From assembly GCA_030141605.1 (NCBI GenBank), contig JAQGDQ010000246.1, forward strand, positions 1-64,000: a DNA stretch of 64,000 nucleotides, read 5' to 3'. Position numbers and translations under genes: made by a program. Positions 25,632-39,154 of the stretch are shown one piece after another. Position 1 is the first letter of the stretch. Every line of letters starts with the position of its first letter. The notes beneath the pieces were generated by a model. It worked only from the letters and a program-made list of their open reading frames with translations. It was not told the origin of the DNA and did no database searches. The DNA is from Tubiluchus corallicola. Lineage: Eukaryota > Animalia > Priapulida.

Positions 25632-28600
25632 TATAAGATTCGAGGCTACAGCTTCAACAGCGGCACCATTTGCGGTGATCTATGTGTCAAACGAAAGGTC
25701 TCTATCTAGTGTCGTACCATTGGGGGTTTATTTTTTGAATCGGGCCCACTGGCCATTTTTCGGCTGTTTTTTGCAAAATTTATACCTCTTATTTCTGGAG
25801 AATGGAAATGGGCCATGGGTGGTGCTGGCAATGGTTAAATAAGCCGTTCAACGGGGGTGTAGTAGGCGTATTTAGAATTTGCGGAAGGGCCTTGGCATCC
25901 CGTAATGGACGTTTTCCCAGACCCAACTCCTGATTTTTTCGAAATTTTGGTCAAACAGCCTGCAGAAGAAACGTTCTAGCAGCGGCTGGTGGGACACTAG
26001 GAAGAAGATATATAGCTCTTTAGAAAGAGGAGAAACCGGACTACATGATGATGTGGGGTGCATTTTAGGACGCTTCCACAGTGAGGTGCTGTGACGAGTT
26101 GATTGGATGTTCCATTTTGGGCGATTTTCACTTGGAAAACTGCTGACACAAAGCCATTGTTCTGACGTCATCCATTATACTCTGCTTATAAGCTTATAAC
26201 TTTAATTCAGTAAAAGCTGCTGCTGGCGTGGTAAATAAATGAACACTAGGAAGAATGTTTGCACATTGTTGATTATAAGTGTATTTATAGGCAAAATTTT
26301 TTGCAGGGCCTTTGCTAGTTAATTAATTATTTACATTTATAATAATCTGTGTTTTTGGTAAATATGAATATAATGGGAAAACTTTTTAAGCAACTTCTTT
26401 TGGAAGTGCTTTTGTTTTTGTTATAGTACACCATTACTCTCTATATAATATTATAAAAAGTATAAATTAAAGCTTATTACAAATTTACATTATGGGTATC
26501 AATCACATCTGACTGATACAACAATAATGCCAGGCTGGGCCAAGTACTAGTATTGTTCCACTAATGTTACATTCGTAAATTTATGGAGCACTTATAAAGT
26601 ATGAATTAGACACTAGGTAAAAATCAATTGAGGTTGGAGCATGTGGAATGCTAACGCTGAAATACTTTTTTAAAACATCTAACATCAAATTTATGAACAT
26701 GAATGACGTTTATTTGCAGATGTTTATCATATTAGCCCAGGCCTAGGTCCAGTGCTCTTTTAATGGAAAACACATTTTGTTTTGTACTGAGTAGTAAATT
26801 AGTAAAAATATACCTGCAAAGGGCATCCTATTAAAACAAATAAAATCTTGTCCCGGCCGCTTTCTCATACAAAAAAACAAACTGAACATGTTTTTCATTG
26901 TTTAATAATAATTTTTTTATTTAGGAAATGATGAACAAGTAGTTGTCCATGATGTAGCTACGTACGTATACTTTATTACTTTGCATCTTAACTTATAGCT
27001 GCCCTTGTGGTTATAATGAGGCAGGATTTATATGGTCTTTACTTTATAATTGTTCTTAAACAATTACGGCTAATTTTGTTTGTTATTTGTTATCAAAGTA
27101 CTCATCGTTATTGAATATTAACATTTTGTGAATATGCGAGTCCGCATAATGTCTTTCAGGATAATACGAGTTAAATAAAAATAGTATTCAACTAGTTATC
27201 TAAATAGAGATTAGAAAGTATTGTAATTGAAACCAACGTTTTACGGGGCTATACGGTTAGTCCGTAAATTCCTCTTGCATCTTCTTTCTTGCTACTTTGG
27301 TGCAGAGTTTAAGAACTAGTGTTAACACAAAAGAAAATTAAAATGTTGAAATGAGCATTATTTTGGTTTTTCATATTAGATCTGTTCAAATACATAAATG
27401 ATGCAGTGTACCTCATATTTAATTAGAATGTGGAAACAGCATTGTTTTTGAAGAGCCAAAATAAAGAGGTTTGGTTTTTATTTCCACCAAAGAAAATATT
27501 TGAAAGTGTGGCATAACGGACCATTATGGTGTAATGTGGCCACTACGGAAAGTATGCATATTGGCTGCATTCCCCAAAGTCAATGCTGGATTCTGCCTTT
27601 CTTCCATCCTTACTCAAAAAAAGTTAGAAATATAGCTAAGGAATTTTTGAAGGTTTTTTTATACACTCACTTTGTCTCGTCTGCTTGTGATGAACATAAA
27701 ATTGCTACAAATACCAAATGCTAAAATCTAGACTTTTAATCTAGCCCATCATGCTATGGTTTTCGTATTTTTTGTGAAACTATAATTGTGTATGTAGGCT
27801 CTGGTCATACATTAAGTATCCTGTTTAATTTTACTTTCTTTGTATTTTAAGCACAATGCTGTTTTTACTGGTGTGGTGACTTGTCTTGTTTCCAAAGAGC
27901 TGATACAACCTAATTGATATGCTAAAATAACATAAGATTGATAAATTTAAATCATTTTCAAATTTTTAATTGTAATACAACTTGATATATTTGCAGGAGC
28001 GAGACACTAGATGTCTTTTTGCACGAAGAAGCTGTGTACAGCCTTTCTGTGGATCCTGTTAATGACAATGTATTTACCAGTGCATGTGAAGACGGCAGGA
28101 TTCTCATCTGGGATATCAGAGAACCATCCTCAACAGGTCATTTATTGCTTTGTCATAGTCACTTACTAAGCTAAATGTCATTGCTGCATGTTGCCATCTT
28201 CTGTTTAATTTGAAAGTTTAAACATGTGTATATTAGAATCTGGTTTTTACTGTTTAGAGTTGATCTTACAGCGACGGCTTAGAAGAGCCTTAAATGCTAA
28301 ATGCCTTTATTTTTCCATACCATCAAATTTTATGAAGCTCATTACTGAATTTCGATTCTCTTATAAAGACCATTTATAGACAAACAACGTAGATTTGTAC
28401 TTCATACAAAAATGTAAGATGAAACAGGCTCTGAATAACGAAAGCATCATAGTAGATAGTCTACTAAAATATATTTTATTTAGTAATGCAAATTTTCGAT
28501 AAGTTAATTTTTCTCATCTTCAGGCTGCAGAATAAATTTAAAGAAATAATTGTGTTAGAAGACAAATTATTGAATATGTATGACAATCAATATTAAATTA

Positions 28601-31600
28601 TAATAAGGTAACGATTACTGCGATATTTAGTGACACTAATAAATCAATATAATGAATGATTCTTAGCACTGATTTTCATTTAAGAAGCTGACAGAAATTA
28701 GAACTTCTCTAAGATTAGCAGTTACCTAGTTGCTAGTTGGTGCAGGACTATTTCCCAAATGAAAGTTCTCCGCAGAAAACTATCGATAATATGATAACCA
28801 GAGAGTACGCAAAGTGTAATTAACGTCATTAACTGCAACTGTTACTATGTAGTTGCTAAGGTAAACAATCTTTGCATTGTCACCATATCAACAGCTGCAT
28901 ATCTTGCATGTGAAGATCCATTGTTAGTTCATATAATAATAAGGTCTCCACAAACTATTTTCCAGATCTAACCTTGTTATCAGTGCCATTGCTAAGGTAA
29001 ACGGTAACGACAGCCACCAGTTTATGTGATTAACATTTTACGTTATCAGCCGTATGTGGTAATCTAGGCTTGCCGACATTAGACCATAGAAATGCCAGCA
29101 GTGACACTGTTGCTGAGATTAACTTTATGGGATGTTTACTGTAGCCAAAAATTGACGTTGACATTTTTTTGGCTTTGGTCGAATGGGATGGGGCCACAGT
29201 TGTCCAGCAAAAATGATGATGCACTGTGCTATTTTAATAATCACTGTTATTATCTACATTGCACTATTGCGAATAAGTTGTGTAATGTTGGAGTGTAGTG
29301 GAATTAAAAAACATTACATTTGAACACAAGCACATTTAAGCAAGCATGCCTATTTAGAAGTGGCCTCACAAAATGCCCCATGCCCAGCTAGTGCCCCCCC
29401 CCCCCACTCTGAATAGCCACTGATACTGAAATTTTATACAGCAATGTCGAGAGTAGCACCTTGTACAGTTAAAAACTTAACAGTAGCAAAATAAAGTAGT
29501 CTAGGAAAAATAAACGGGGTTTCAGTAAACATCTTTTTGTGCTATTCTGAGGTGGGACAACTTTTAGAGCAGTACAGTTGTTGGTCCATTCAGAATTTTT
29601 CTGCTACTAAGCAAATGAACTTAATGATCCCTAGAGTTACACTAGACAAAGTAAATGTTCAGTGCCTACATGAATGCAACATGAAATAACCTCTTGCTTG
29701 CCATGCAAAAATTTGCATTAACAAGGGTTCTTCGGGGTGGTCGCACAAATGGGCCGATATCACCCATAAGGCCCATCTAAAAATTAGTACTGCCAGGGTC
29801 CGTCTTATCGTATGATACAGGTAAAAACTGGTCCCAGATTGAGGGAATGAAAGCCTTGAGTTAGACCGAACTATTTATTTGCTAACACTGTTCACTAACT
29901 TATCAGAAGTGTAAATTATGTTGTCAGAAAGATCAATAATGTATTTTTGGTGAGCCTGTGGTGCACACTGGGATAGTAATACAGTGATGTTTTACCCATT
30001 GGCACAAACATTTTAAATTATTAAGAACTTTCTTTTCCAGTTGCATAATTCTTTCAAACGGGTAAGTGTAATACTAAGTAATATAAATTTGTATGTAAAG
30101 TTTTTTGTGATGTATTTTAAAATTTCCCTTTCTCCACTTTAATTATGGAGTACCTATATATACATTAAGCACATCATCTATTTTTGTAATATAATGAAAC
30201 TTAAGGGTATAATCTTTGCACAGCATGAATGTGTATAACAAAAATACCAGGTAACCAAACTACGGGTTACACAAGTAAAATACCATCCAAAACGGGTTTT
30301 GGTTAAGTACGTTTTTCAAACTTAAAAGGCCTGTCTAACTGTAGGCAATTGATTTTAATTTAGATTTAGTGCACTGACAGGTGTTAGCATTATCATGATG
30401 TTACCGTACTCAACTTATGTGTTGTAATTGCTTGTATTCTGTAGAACCTTTTATGCTGGCTGGTTATGTATCAGCTTTCCATGCTGTTATGTACAACCCT
30501 TTAGATCCTCGACTGATCGCTTCTGCTAATTCAAAGGAAGGAGTTGCATTGTGGGATATCCGAAAACCAAGAAGGTACGTCTTGCATTATGCGCTCATTA
30601 CTTACATCACTGGGTCAAATATATAGTCTGTGCACTAAATAAAATCCTCATATTTGCTTTTTCGTCAAGGCAGACATCTGTCCATTCAGTGATCAGCATT
30701 ATTGTTTTAGTTACTAATGTAAATGCCTGCTGTTCTTTTGTTCCTGCTTTAGAAATTACACTTTCAGAGGTGTTGCAACCTATTTATGGTAAAGGCAAAA
30801 CATTAAAAGCATCTGAAATTTCTAGTAAGAGCATTTCCTTGCTGTTTCTATACATTACAAGCATACTTCACATAGTACATTTAATTTGACTTTTAAAAAT
30901 GTATTTCTGCCTTGTTATAAAAGCAGGAGATCTGTCTTATAGTTGCAACCAGGGACTTGATAGCTTTATCTGTAGTGCTGCCAACAACTCGATGTTGTTT
31001 GCAGCTTGGCTATCTGTTTAGTAATTTTGAATCTATTGTATTGCAAAAACTTTTGTATGTTTGTTTTTTGTAAATGAAATTAAACATTTTTGTATTTCTA
31101 GCTGCATAATGAGGTACGGCGGTGCTTTCGTTCAGCAAAGTGCGATGAGCATTCGATTCAACTCTACTGGTCGCCATATATTTGCCCTACGTAGAAAGAT
31201 GTGTCCGGTTCTGTATGAAATATCCTGTGCTGAGGCTCTATATGAGTTTGATCATCCCAGCTATTATAATTCTTGTACGATGAAAAGCTGTTGCTTTGCT
31301 GGGGATAAAGATCAAGTAAGTATTAGTAAGTTACACGGGTTTATTAGTTGGTCCTCAATTTTTTTTCTTAATCATTGTACATTTGCTTGTTAGTTTTGTC
31401 TGGTAAACTTGCAACTTTATTTTACCTTCTTTCATCCAAATGTACTCAATTTCAGGCATTTGTGGGCTGATTGCATGAATGAAAACATTTACTTAGTTAA
31501 TACATGTGCATAGTCTGTAGATCTACCATTACCAAACCTAGCTGAAAAATCAGTCTGGAGTTTTGCCAAAGTATACATTTTAAATGCAAGAAATTATTTA

Positions 31601-34600
31601 TTTTACATTTAGTACAGTTGGACTTTTGCTTTAAAAGTGCTGATTTAATCAAATACATAATATTCGCATACGTAGGCCTGAGTAGTATTAATTCGTTTAA
31701 AAATTATCCTTGAACTGAAAGAAAAGCTTGCACATATAAAAATTTATCATATAAGACAAAAGTTTGAGTTGAATAATAATAACTGACTTTATAATAATTA
31801 CAATATTTTGTATGCCATAAGCATAACCAATGAAGCTTTGTGTATAGGTTTTGTCGTTCTCGTACTAAGGCCACGAAACATGGGGGCCTTTGTGGAAATG
31901 TACACATTTGAAATTTGGAGCAAAAACACGAATGATTTTAAGTTATACCCTTCTTTCAGTAAAACGTAACTGTTCATTCTTTGTGTAATTTTAATATTTT
32001 AATGTCTGTTTGAGTTGTTTAGGCTTTTACACTGTAATTCATTTGTTTTTGTACTTTACCTTTTCAAAACTCCTTATTGAGCTGAAACTGTTTAATAATT
32101 TATTTGTAGTATGTTCTGTCTGGTTCAGATGATTTTGGTCTGTATGTGTGGAAAGTTCCAGAGCAAGGTGCTAATGGTGAGTTGCCATTAAGCTATTTTT
32201 CAATATTTTTTCTGCAAAAGTGAAGTACTTATAACAATCTGTAGTGCAGTGGGTACTGGCTAGTTTATTGTAATGCCATCATTACTTCTGCCTCCAGAGG
32301 TTTGACTAAGTGTATTGAGAGATCGCATCCTGCCTTAAAAGCTAGTTTCTTTAAAACACTTAACTTACATAGTCCGTTTTCTTAAAATTAACTCCCAAAA
32401 ATATACATAAACGTAAAGAATCTCTAAGTTTCAAAAATTTCGTGTTGTCAAACTCCAAAAACTAAAACAATAAATGGATGTATATATAAGCTGTTGGCCA
32501 AACTTTCAGTTTGCTTATGGGAGGAAAAAATAGCTTTTTGCCATGCTGTATACCACAGTCTATAAACCGTTAAACAGTTGAGATTGGCTGTATCAATTCA
32601 ACATTCCATACTTGTTTACCCTGGTCAATGTGCCTATTCCTCATTCAGTAAAATTTTGTGGACCAACTGGCTAGCTGAAGGATCTGGGCTAAGAGGCATG
32701 AACTTGATTTGGCTTGGAGAACCATCACTGGAAACCTGACTACGATAAGTAATTTTTTTACCATAATCAGACACATCTGTGGAATCAACAATAAACAATA
32801 ATATTAACTTAATCATTTCAGTAAAACATGTGAAGCAAGCTGCATTAGTTCTTGAGGATCATCGCTCAATCGTTAACCAGGTTCGCAGCAATCCTTCCAA
32901 CTTCCTTATTGCTTCTTCAGGTGTTGAAAAAATTATCAAGGTAACTTTCTTGCTTTTACTTACTTTTTTACTTTTTTCTTGAAATATTCAAGTTAGAGTC
33001 TAATTTTGCAGCTTTTATAACTAGGGTGTACATTTTGCTTCAATAAGTTTTACATTCTTATTGCTAGACGTCTTTTTTCTTTTCTTAAAGTCTTTTGTTA
33101 AAATGAACATTTTATTATTTCCTTGAAGTAAATACTTGTAGTAAAATAAAACAAGTGTCAGGTGATAATATCAGCCTTTGCATGTTATTTTTTCAATGTG
33201 GTTTGAATGTTTGCTAGATGGGCTCATGGTCACATTCGCTGTGCAACCGTTTTCTATAATTGCTTGTTAAAATTAATTTCTTTTCTTATTTTAACAAACT
33301 ACTACAATGGATGCTACACTTGCATAGTATGTAATAATTTTTATGTAGTGTGACAAAATTGTTCGTTACAGTATGTCAATTGACTTTTTACATTTCGGAA
33401 ATTCCTATTTGCATAATAGTTCATGGAATAGCTTTTAAGTCATAATAGCCTGACGTTAGTTCAAAATTAACTAGAACAGTGTTAAAAATTGAAAGTTGAA
33501 AACCCAGACTATACTATACATCTGATAGTAAATCTGGTAAATTTACAGATCTCAAAGAAAATGGATTTAAACGTAATAGTTTTATTTAATTTAAATTAGT
33601 TAATTAATTAAGCTAATTAATGATTCGGAACGCGAAGCATTGGGTTACACACTTAATTAGCTTTTTCTGCCCAACTGCCAGTATGTGTTGTTTAGAATAC
33701 TATTTTCTGTTACCATTGAAAGTGCTACCATGACGAAGTAGCAAGGAACTGTCTAGCTGCTCAAAAAACTCTTTAAAATGAGTAGTAAGATGCGGAGAGC
33801 TTTGATCGCCTTGTCTTTCACGTTGCTGCTAATATGACCAAGAACGAAACTATATACTTATATAAAAATGTGTATAATAATGACCTGTTATAACACCTCC
33901 CACCTATATATACGTGTATATATTACGTATATATACATAATATCCCCACTAGCGCCAGCAGCTTCTCGATAATACCAACAGAACAAGGCTGCTTTAAGCT
34001 TTGCTGAGCTACTGTCACTGGCCTGATATCCTGTGTTGTATAAAATATTGCATGTTAACATGTTTTGTTTGTTTGCAATTTAATATCAGTAAAATTACTG
34101 TCAATGCCATGCAGTAATGGTGGCAACTGACAAGAAAACTCATAGATATTTTTTCTCCATTGAGAAGCGAGATATTGCTTAATGTTTTTTACGTGTATAC
34201 ATCTATAACGCCAACTTTTTTCCAGTCCTAGGGTGGGCGGTATAAAGTGGTTTAACTGTATTTGCAAGTGAGCAACCCAATGATTCCTGCCACCTGTTCT
34301 ATTTATTTTCTTGCACTTCATACAGGTCATATTATTTGAAATGATTTTTGCACTTTTCGGTGCCTAGTTTTGTTGTTGTTTTAGTATTATGTACACAAAT
34401 TATAATATGAGAAAGGAAAAATAAATGATATTTCTAATTTCAATGATAGGCATTACTTTCCAACTTTCGTTTTAAATCTGTCAATTCATGAATATTCATT
34501 ATGACATAAATTCATCAAGCTGAACTAATGATGCATAAATATCTGTATTTCAGCTGTGGTGTCCTGTTTATATTCCTGGAGGTACAGGTAGTCTGAACAA

Positions 34601-36104
34601 TGAGTTGCCCAGCTGTAGTGATCGTGACATATACTCTCATGAACAGTACATAAATCTTGTGCTTCGTTCTGGCCAAGTTATGTCACATGATTATACCCAT
34701 GGCTCTGAGGCTGAAGACCCACGCATGATGGCCTTCTTTGATTCTTTAGTGCAACGTGAAGTGGAAGGTTCTTCTAGTGTGGATAGTGACAGTGATAGCA
34801 CTGCAATACCTTCTGGATCAAGTGACGACGAAAGAACACGTCCCCAAGTGGCTGCAGGAGAAGAACATTTGTCAAGCACAGGAAATTTTTATAGTACTGT
34901 TGCTGTAGTGAGCCTCGATGCTAGACTTTTGAGCAACTCTCATAATGCAACTGCAAACATCAGTTCTGGGAAGAAGCGTTCTGGTTTGAAGGCAATTTCT
35001 GAGATGATAAAGAAGAAACGAATCCAGTCATCATCAAAAAATGTGAATCATCACAAAAAGTCATTACTTTTAAGTGAAAAAGAGAGGGCCATAAAGAAAC
35101 GAAGATTAAGGCGGTTTCGCTTTTCTGATGAGTCTTCTAATAGTGATGATGACTTTCGTGTTGTTTTGCAAACTCGTGCTGCTTTAGGTTCACCCACTGA
35201 CACTAATGAAAGAAATAGCACATCGGATCATCAGGGTACATCGGGGTTGTCAGCATCTGATGTAGCATCTGTGTTGACCAGCCAGTTGAGAAATCAGAAA
35301 TCTGCTAGAGAAAAGCAAAAACATTTGATAAAAGCAAGGGCCAGGATTCTACAGGATCTTTCAGATTCTGACGAGGACAGGCCAAATGTGATAGAGACTA
35401 TGGCTGCTTTGTCATCAACTTCTTTGCCTCAGAATGATGAGTTACGGACTAACGGTGAAAATGCTGGACCTTGTTCGTGTTTTTTTTGTGAAACTGTTGG
35501 GCCAAACATCAGCGGATGTTTAAAAAAGACGAGTCAAGTGAACGGTACAAGTAAATCAGCATTAAGTATTGAAACAAAATCAGATGAGAACAAAACTAGT
35601 TCAGGTGAAAATGTTTTTACAAGTGTTAAAGAAAATGGTGATGATACTGCTGCTAATAATAAAGAAGTCAACTGTTGCACCGAGTCAATGGAATTTGTTT
35701 CATGCAGTAGATGCCACAAATGTTGCGATGAAAGTGACTCCATAAACGAACAAGCAACATTTGAAAAAAGCTGTGATATGATTGATTCATTATCAAAACC
35801 TGATTCTAGTGATAAAAACAAGGATGCAATTAGCGCAAATAATTTTAGTGTGCCGCCTTCCTGTGCAGTTGATTTTGTCAACAGTGATGTATCAGCATGC
35901 TCTGCTCAGAGTTTCACACATTCATCGGAAATTGCTAATAGTGGTAGTCAAATCAATGGTAGTGCTGTTAGTGAAGCACATGGTGGTGAAACTGGTGCAA
36001 CGTGGTTAGAATTTCGCAGATTTCGAAATAGGTTAGAAAGAGCGAGACGCAAATATCGGCATCGTAAGTCCTCAGATGAAGTAAGAGATCCAGGAGACTT
36101 CTAA
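19785..36104 (+). CDS. DCAF5: DDB1- and CUL4-associated factor 5 (WDR22), WD40 substrate receptor of CRL4; 9 coding exons
   Basis: Exons: 19785 (or 19797)-20007 (LYRKDLYGHFGCVNAIEFSN), 24948-25091 (GGDDRRVLLW..GEHNSNIFCLAF), 26925-26961, 27997-28136, 30445-30574 (ANSKEGVALWDIRKP), 31102-31315 (YYNSCTMKSCCFAGDKDQ), 32110-32176 (YVLSGSDDF), 32822-32940 (HRSIVNQVR..SSGVEKIIK), 34554-36104 (EDPRMMAFFDSLV plus low-complexity tail). All introns are GT-AG with matching phases, and the motifs match recalled vertebrate DCAF5. Confidence 0.96.
20253..20980. mobile_element. MITE with ~30-bp terminal inverted repeats in DCAF5 intron 1
   Basis: tgttgggcgtcgagtaacccactagccgaa from 20253 pairs with ttcggctagtgggttactcggcgccctaca ending at 20980 (28/30 match). 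The interior is AT-rich and non-coding; no clear TSD. Confidence 0.8.
21061..24330 (-). mobile_element. Decayed non-LTR retrotransposon (CR1/L2-like LINE ORF2), 5'-truncated
   Basis: Frameshifted RT fragments: LDDHAPFR..KPWIT (23936-24211), NYRPISNLSPIAKIFE..QFGFRKSYST..IFLD (23265-23627), PQGSILG..LFADDT (22709-23014), HSYNTRS (22165-22431). AT-rich 3' region ends in a (TAC)n-like tail at about 21061. Confidence 0.9.
25272..25569. mobile_element. Palindromic MITE-like element with ~120-bp inverted arms around a tRNA-derived core
   Basis: The arm attaattagattatgactgtgtttgccag..ttgcagtttattttaacaattatta..gatgctaaaaattttgact pairs with agtcaagagttttcagcatc..taataattgttaaaataaactgcaa..ctggcaatcacaatcataatctaattaat. 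The core (25393-25457) has A-box-like TAGCCCAGCTGGCAGAGC and B-box-like GGTTCATATCC. Confidence 0.8.
25600..26318 (+). mobile_element. Diverged solo copy of the same non-autonomous Helitron
   Basis: (TA)n, then taagattcgaggctacagc, ending gcaaaattttttgcagggcctttgCTAG|T. Homologous to the reverse complement of the 2233-4635 units. Confidence 0.85.
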
Positions 36105-36911
36105 ATAAACTTTCATTTCGTTAAAATGTGAACATCTCACATTTCTTTTTTGAGATATGAGCTTATAAAATTGAAATACCTGTAAAGATTTCTATAGTAA
36201 TTAAAAAGATTTTGAAACCTTGAAAAAGACTTCACTTTTTTCATAATTTTTCAATTTTGCGGATTGTATATTATATTACAATTTTCGTTAAGTTTGGTAA
36301 CGTAGTCTGACTCTGATATTGATATGGTTTAACACCATTTTGGTCCTATATTTTTAGTTTTTAGACAAATACTTGTCATTATGAATTTGTATAATTTGAC
36401 TGCATGTCGCTTACAAAAATGCGGAAAATTAACTGGGATTAGTCTTATTATTACTATTTTAAAACCTATTTCAAAATTTTTCAGATTTTTATGCTTACAA
36501 CAACACTGAACAATACATCACATTTTAACTATTAAAACATACAGATTCTAGGGTTACAAAGCTAAATAAATAGATCTGTCATGACTTTTTTACTGTATCA
36601 CAAAAGGAGTAAAAGCATGAAAACTGTATTTAGAAAACTGTTGCATTAGAGCTATTGCTAGAAAAACAAATTGGCTTAGCTACTGTAGTTAAAATAAATT
36701 ACTGGTTTGAATCTCATGGGCTTACAAGCCATGGTTTGTTTCTCATGGGCTTGTAAGTATGCTGCAGAATGTGCCAAACTCGATAAGAGGATTTAAGAAA
36801 CTGAGCCTAATATTACATAGGCTTTACAGTATAATTGCTTTGTGCATTTGGAAATGCACTTACATAGATTCTGTCTTGTTTAATGGAGTTTTGCATTTTT
36901 GCAGAATATTT

Positions 36912-37613
36912 TTAAATTAAATCTCCAAATGTACAGTGCTTGTTTGCTAGTGCCAATTTGGCTTCTAGTTCTTCTATTCTGCTTTTTAACAATTTATTTT
37001 CCTGTTCGAGTTCTAGTGCCCTTGAATAAAAGTTTCGTTCTCGCTCTTTTTTATATTCTCTAGATCGCTTGGCTGATTCATTGTTCTTCCTCCTCTTCTC
37101 CCAATAACCATCGTCCTTCTTGTCAACCGGTACCATTGTCTTTCGCCTTTTCCTTATTGCTTCTCTTGGTTGAAATGTTGTTATAGACGAGTTGGTTTCA
37201 CTTTCTACTCCACTGCAGCTGCCATTTGGACTGCATGGTAGATCGTATCCCTGCTTAGGCAGTTCGTAGTGTTCAGGCAGTGGAGTAAAATGACTAGTGG
37301 GTTGATTTAGGTCAGTGTGGTAAGCTTGTGTTGGAGTGTGCCATTGAGATACATATGCATCTACTTTATTAGGCTGATACTCCATATTTTCACAAACACC
37401 TTTTTGTGGCATTTCTGCAAAAAATGAGTGTTGTTGGTACATTTCCAATGGATCAGTTAGGTCTTGTGTAGGTGGAAAGTCATTCATGTATTGTGCTGCC
37501 CATTGACAATCAGGTTCTGTTTGTGGGGCTTTATTAATGCTACAGTCAGATGTGTCAGAGGTATCAGATCCTAGGTTCATTAAATCGATCCATTCACGGC
37601 CTTGCATCTCCAT
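36912..37613 (-). CDS. bZIP transcription factor of the PAR (HLF/TEF/DBP/Pdp1) / NFIL3-vrille group
   Basis: 233-aa ORF with basic region KRRKTMVPVDKKDDGYWEKRRKNNESAKRSRE and zipper RALELEQENKLLKSRIEELEAKL. A splice acceptor (gtttgtag|gaa) lies just before the ATG, so an upstream exon probably exists. Confidence 0.9.
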   Translation of the reverse strand: MEMQGREWIDLMNLGSDTSDTSDCSINKAPQTEPDCQWAAQYMNDFPPTQDLTDPLEMYQQHSFFAEMPQKGVCENMEYQPNKVDAYVSQWHTPTQAYHTDLNQPTSHFTPLPEHYELPKQGYDLPCSPNGSCSGVESETNSSITTFQPREAIRKRRKTMVPVDKKDDGYWEKRRKNNESAKRSREYKKERERNFYSRALELEQENKLLKSRIEELEAKLALANKHCTFGDLI

Positions 37614-38099
37614 TTCCTACAAACAAATTTTTTTATTAGTTTGCAATTTTGTAGTAATTAATAATCAGTAGTTGAGCAACTGACTAGTTCTTAAATGTAT
37701 TATGGCATTCTAATTAATTGTAAAACGGCTGGTGATTTTTAATTACGTAGTTAATTAATTAACAAGAGTTTTACTTGAAATAAAAGACCTTAAGTATTAT
37801 ACGTTATCTCAAATAAGGAGCCACTTTTTTAAAATTTGGATTTCATACTCCCAGTCCTCCTTTTTAACATTGAAATTTTCCCTCCTTTTTTAACGTCGAA
37901 ATTTTATTTTAAGTTAATGAATTCAGCAATGCAAAATATTACATTCATTTTTCCAAAATTTTTTTTGAGAATCTTTTAGTTGTGGCCTGGGGCCCTAGAC
38001 TAATCCAGGCCGGCATACAAGAGCCAATATTGATAAAAAATAGAGAGATACAAAGGTGTAGAAAAGGGTTTGCAATGACCTCAAAAATGATTAAGGATT

Positions 38100-38785
38100 T
38101 TATTTAAGACATTATGTATAATTTTTATTTTATTTTTATTATTTATTAAATATATCCACAACGATCATTACAGCATAGCACTTCAAAACAATTTAATAAC
38201 ATATTTATTACTATGTACACAAGATGCCAAGCCGCAAATGACCCGTCGGGACCATGGGGTACTCAAGAAGTAATTACTTGTTGAGAGCACTCCAAATAAA
38301 TTTGGACTTAGTGAAGTAGAAAACAGCATAAAGGAGTAGAAAAGAAAAGTTGATAGAGAATAGAAAGAAAGAGAAAGATGTGATGGTATCTGTATAAAGT
38401 TACACAAATTATAGAAATCGACATAGGCAGCAATGTGGAATTCGTTTCATTTACGCCTGATCAAGTCAATTGATAATTTTAAGAAAAAGTATAAAAACTT
38501 ACTATTTTAATGAAGCCTCCTGTGGTTGAGCTAATCTTGTATTTTTTACGATTGTGTATGTTTTATGGCATTGCTTTTATTATTTTGCTACATTTTCAGT
38601 GCTTTTATTATTTTTCCTTTTTTGTCATATTCAATGTACTTTTAATCAATCGATTTGCCATTGTCTTAAATATCTTATGAAGTAATTTTTTTATAATTTG
38701 GTTGGTCTTTTATTTGTAATAGGCATTTGATCATCATGTAAAATGCATTACAAATATTCAATAAATTATTATTATTATTATTAAC
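38100..38785. mobile_element. Probable LINE 3'-end remnants in opposite orientations
   Basis: A (TTTA)n tract at about 38120-38148 and AATAAA plus (ATT)n at about 38760-38782 flank sequence resembling CR1/L2 3' ends. Confidence 0.35.
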
Positions 38786-39142
38786 GTGATGGATTCCGAC
38801 AGGGACAGCAGCGTAATTAGTCGAATTTATTTATTCTATATAATTAGAAAATATTTAATTTTTAAAATTTCGTTTCATGTTGTTTATAGATAAAGAACTT
38901 TTTTATATATTCGCCGATGTTTATCTTTCATGGTGAAATACCAGGTGAATGCTCTTTACGGTTTTATCCTAGATGAGTTTTTCTGTTATTTCAACTTATT
39001 TGTGTACCACAGATTTTCAATCCTTACTACTTGCCACTATCCCATCAACGCCTTCGCTTTTGATGGGTACGAATCTTGCTTTGCTTGTTACGTTTAGATT
39101 ATTGGAAAGGGGCTTTGCCCATCAATTAGGCTCGTATTAGGA

Positions 39143-39154
39143 AAGATGGCGGCG
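39143..39154 (+). promoter_or_regulatory. YY1 motif, candidate transcription start region for PHF10
   Basis: AAGATGGCGGCG in a locally CpG-richer patch between the divergent bZIP and PHF10 genes. The first PHF10 coding exon has an upstream acceptor at 43352, implying a non-coding first exon. Confidence 0.4.

Noticed and set aside
29720-29870. SINE fragment with a Deu/Nin-like conserved domain (gagggaatgaaagccttgagttagacc)
   Set aside because: The resemblance is short and degenerate, with no identifiable tRNA head or boundaries.
37700-38130. D-box autoregulatory sites upstream of the bZIP ORF
   Set aside because: Only mismatched TTAYGTAA-like words are present, as expected by chance in AT-rich DNA.
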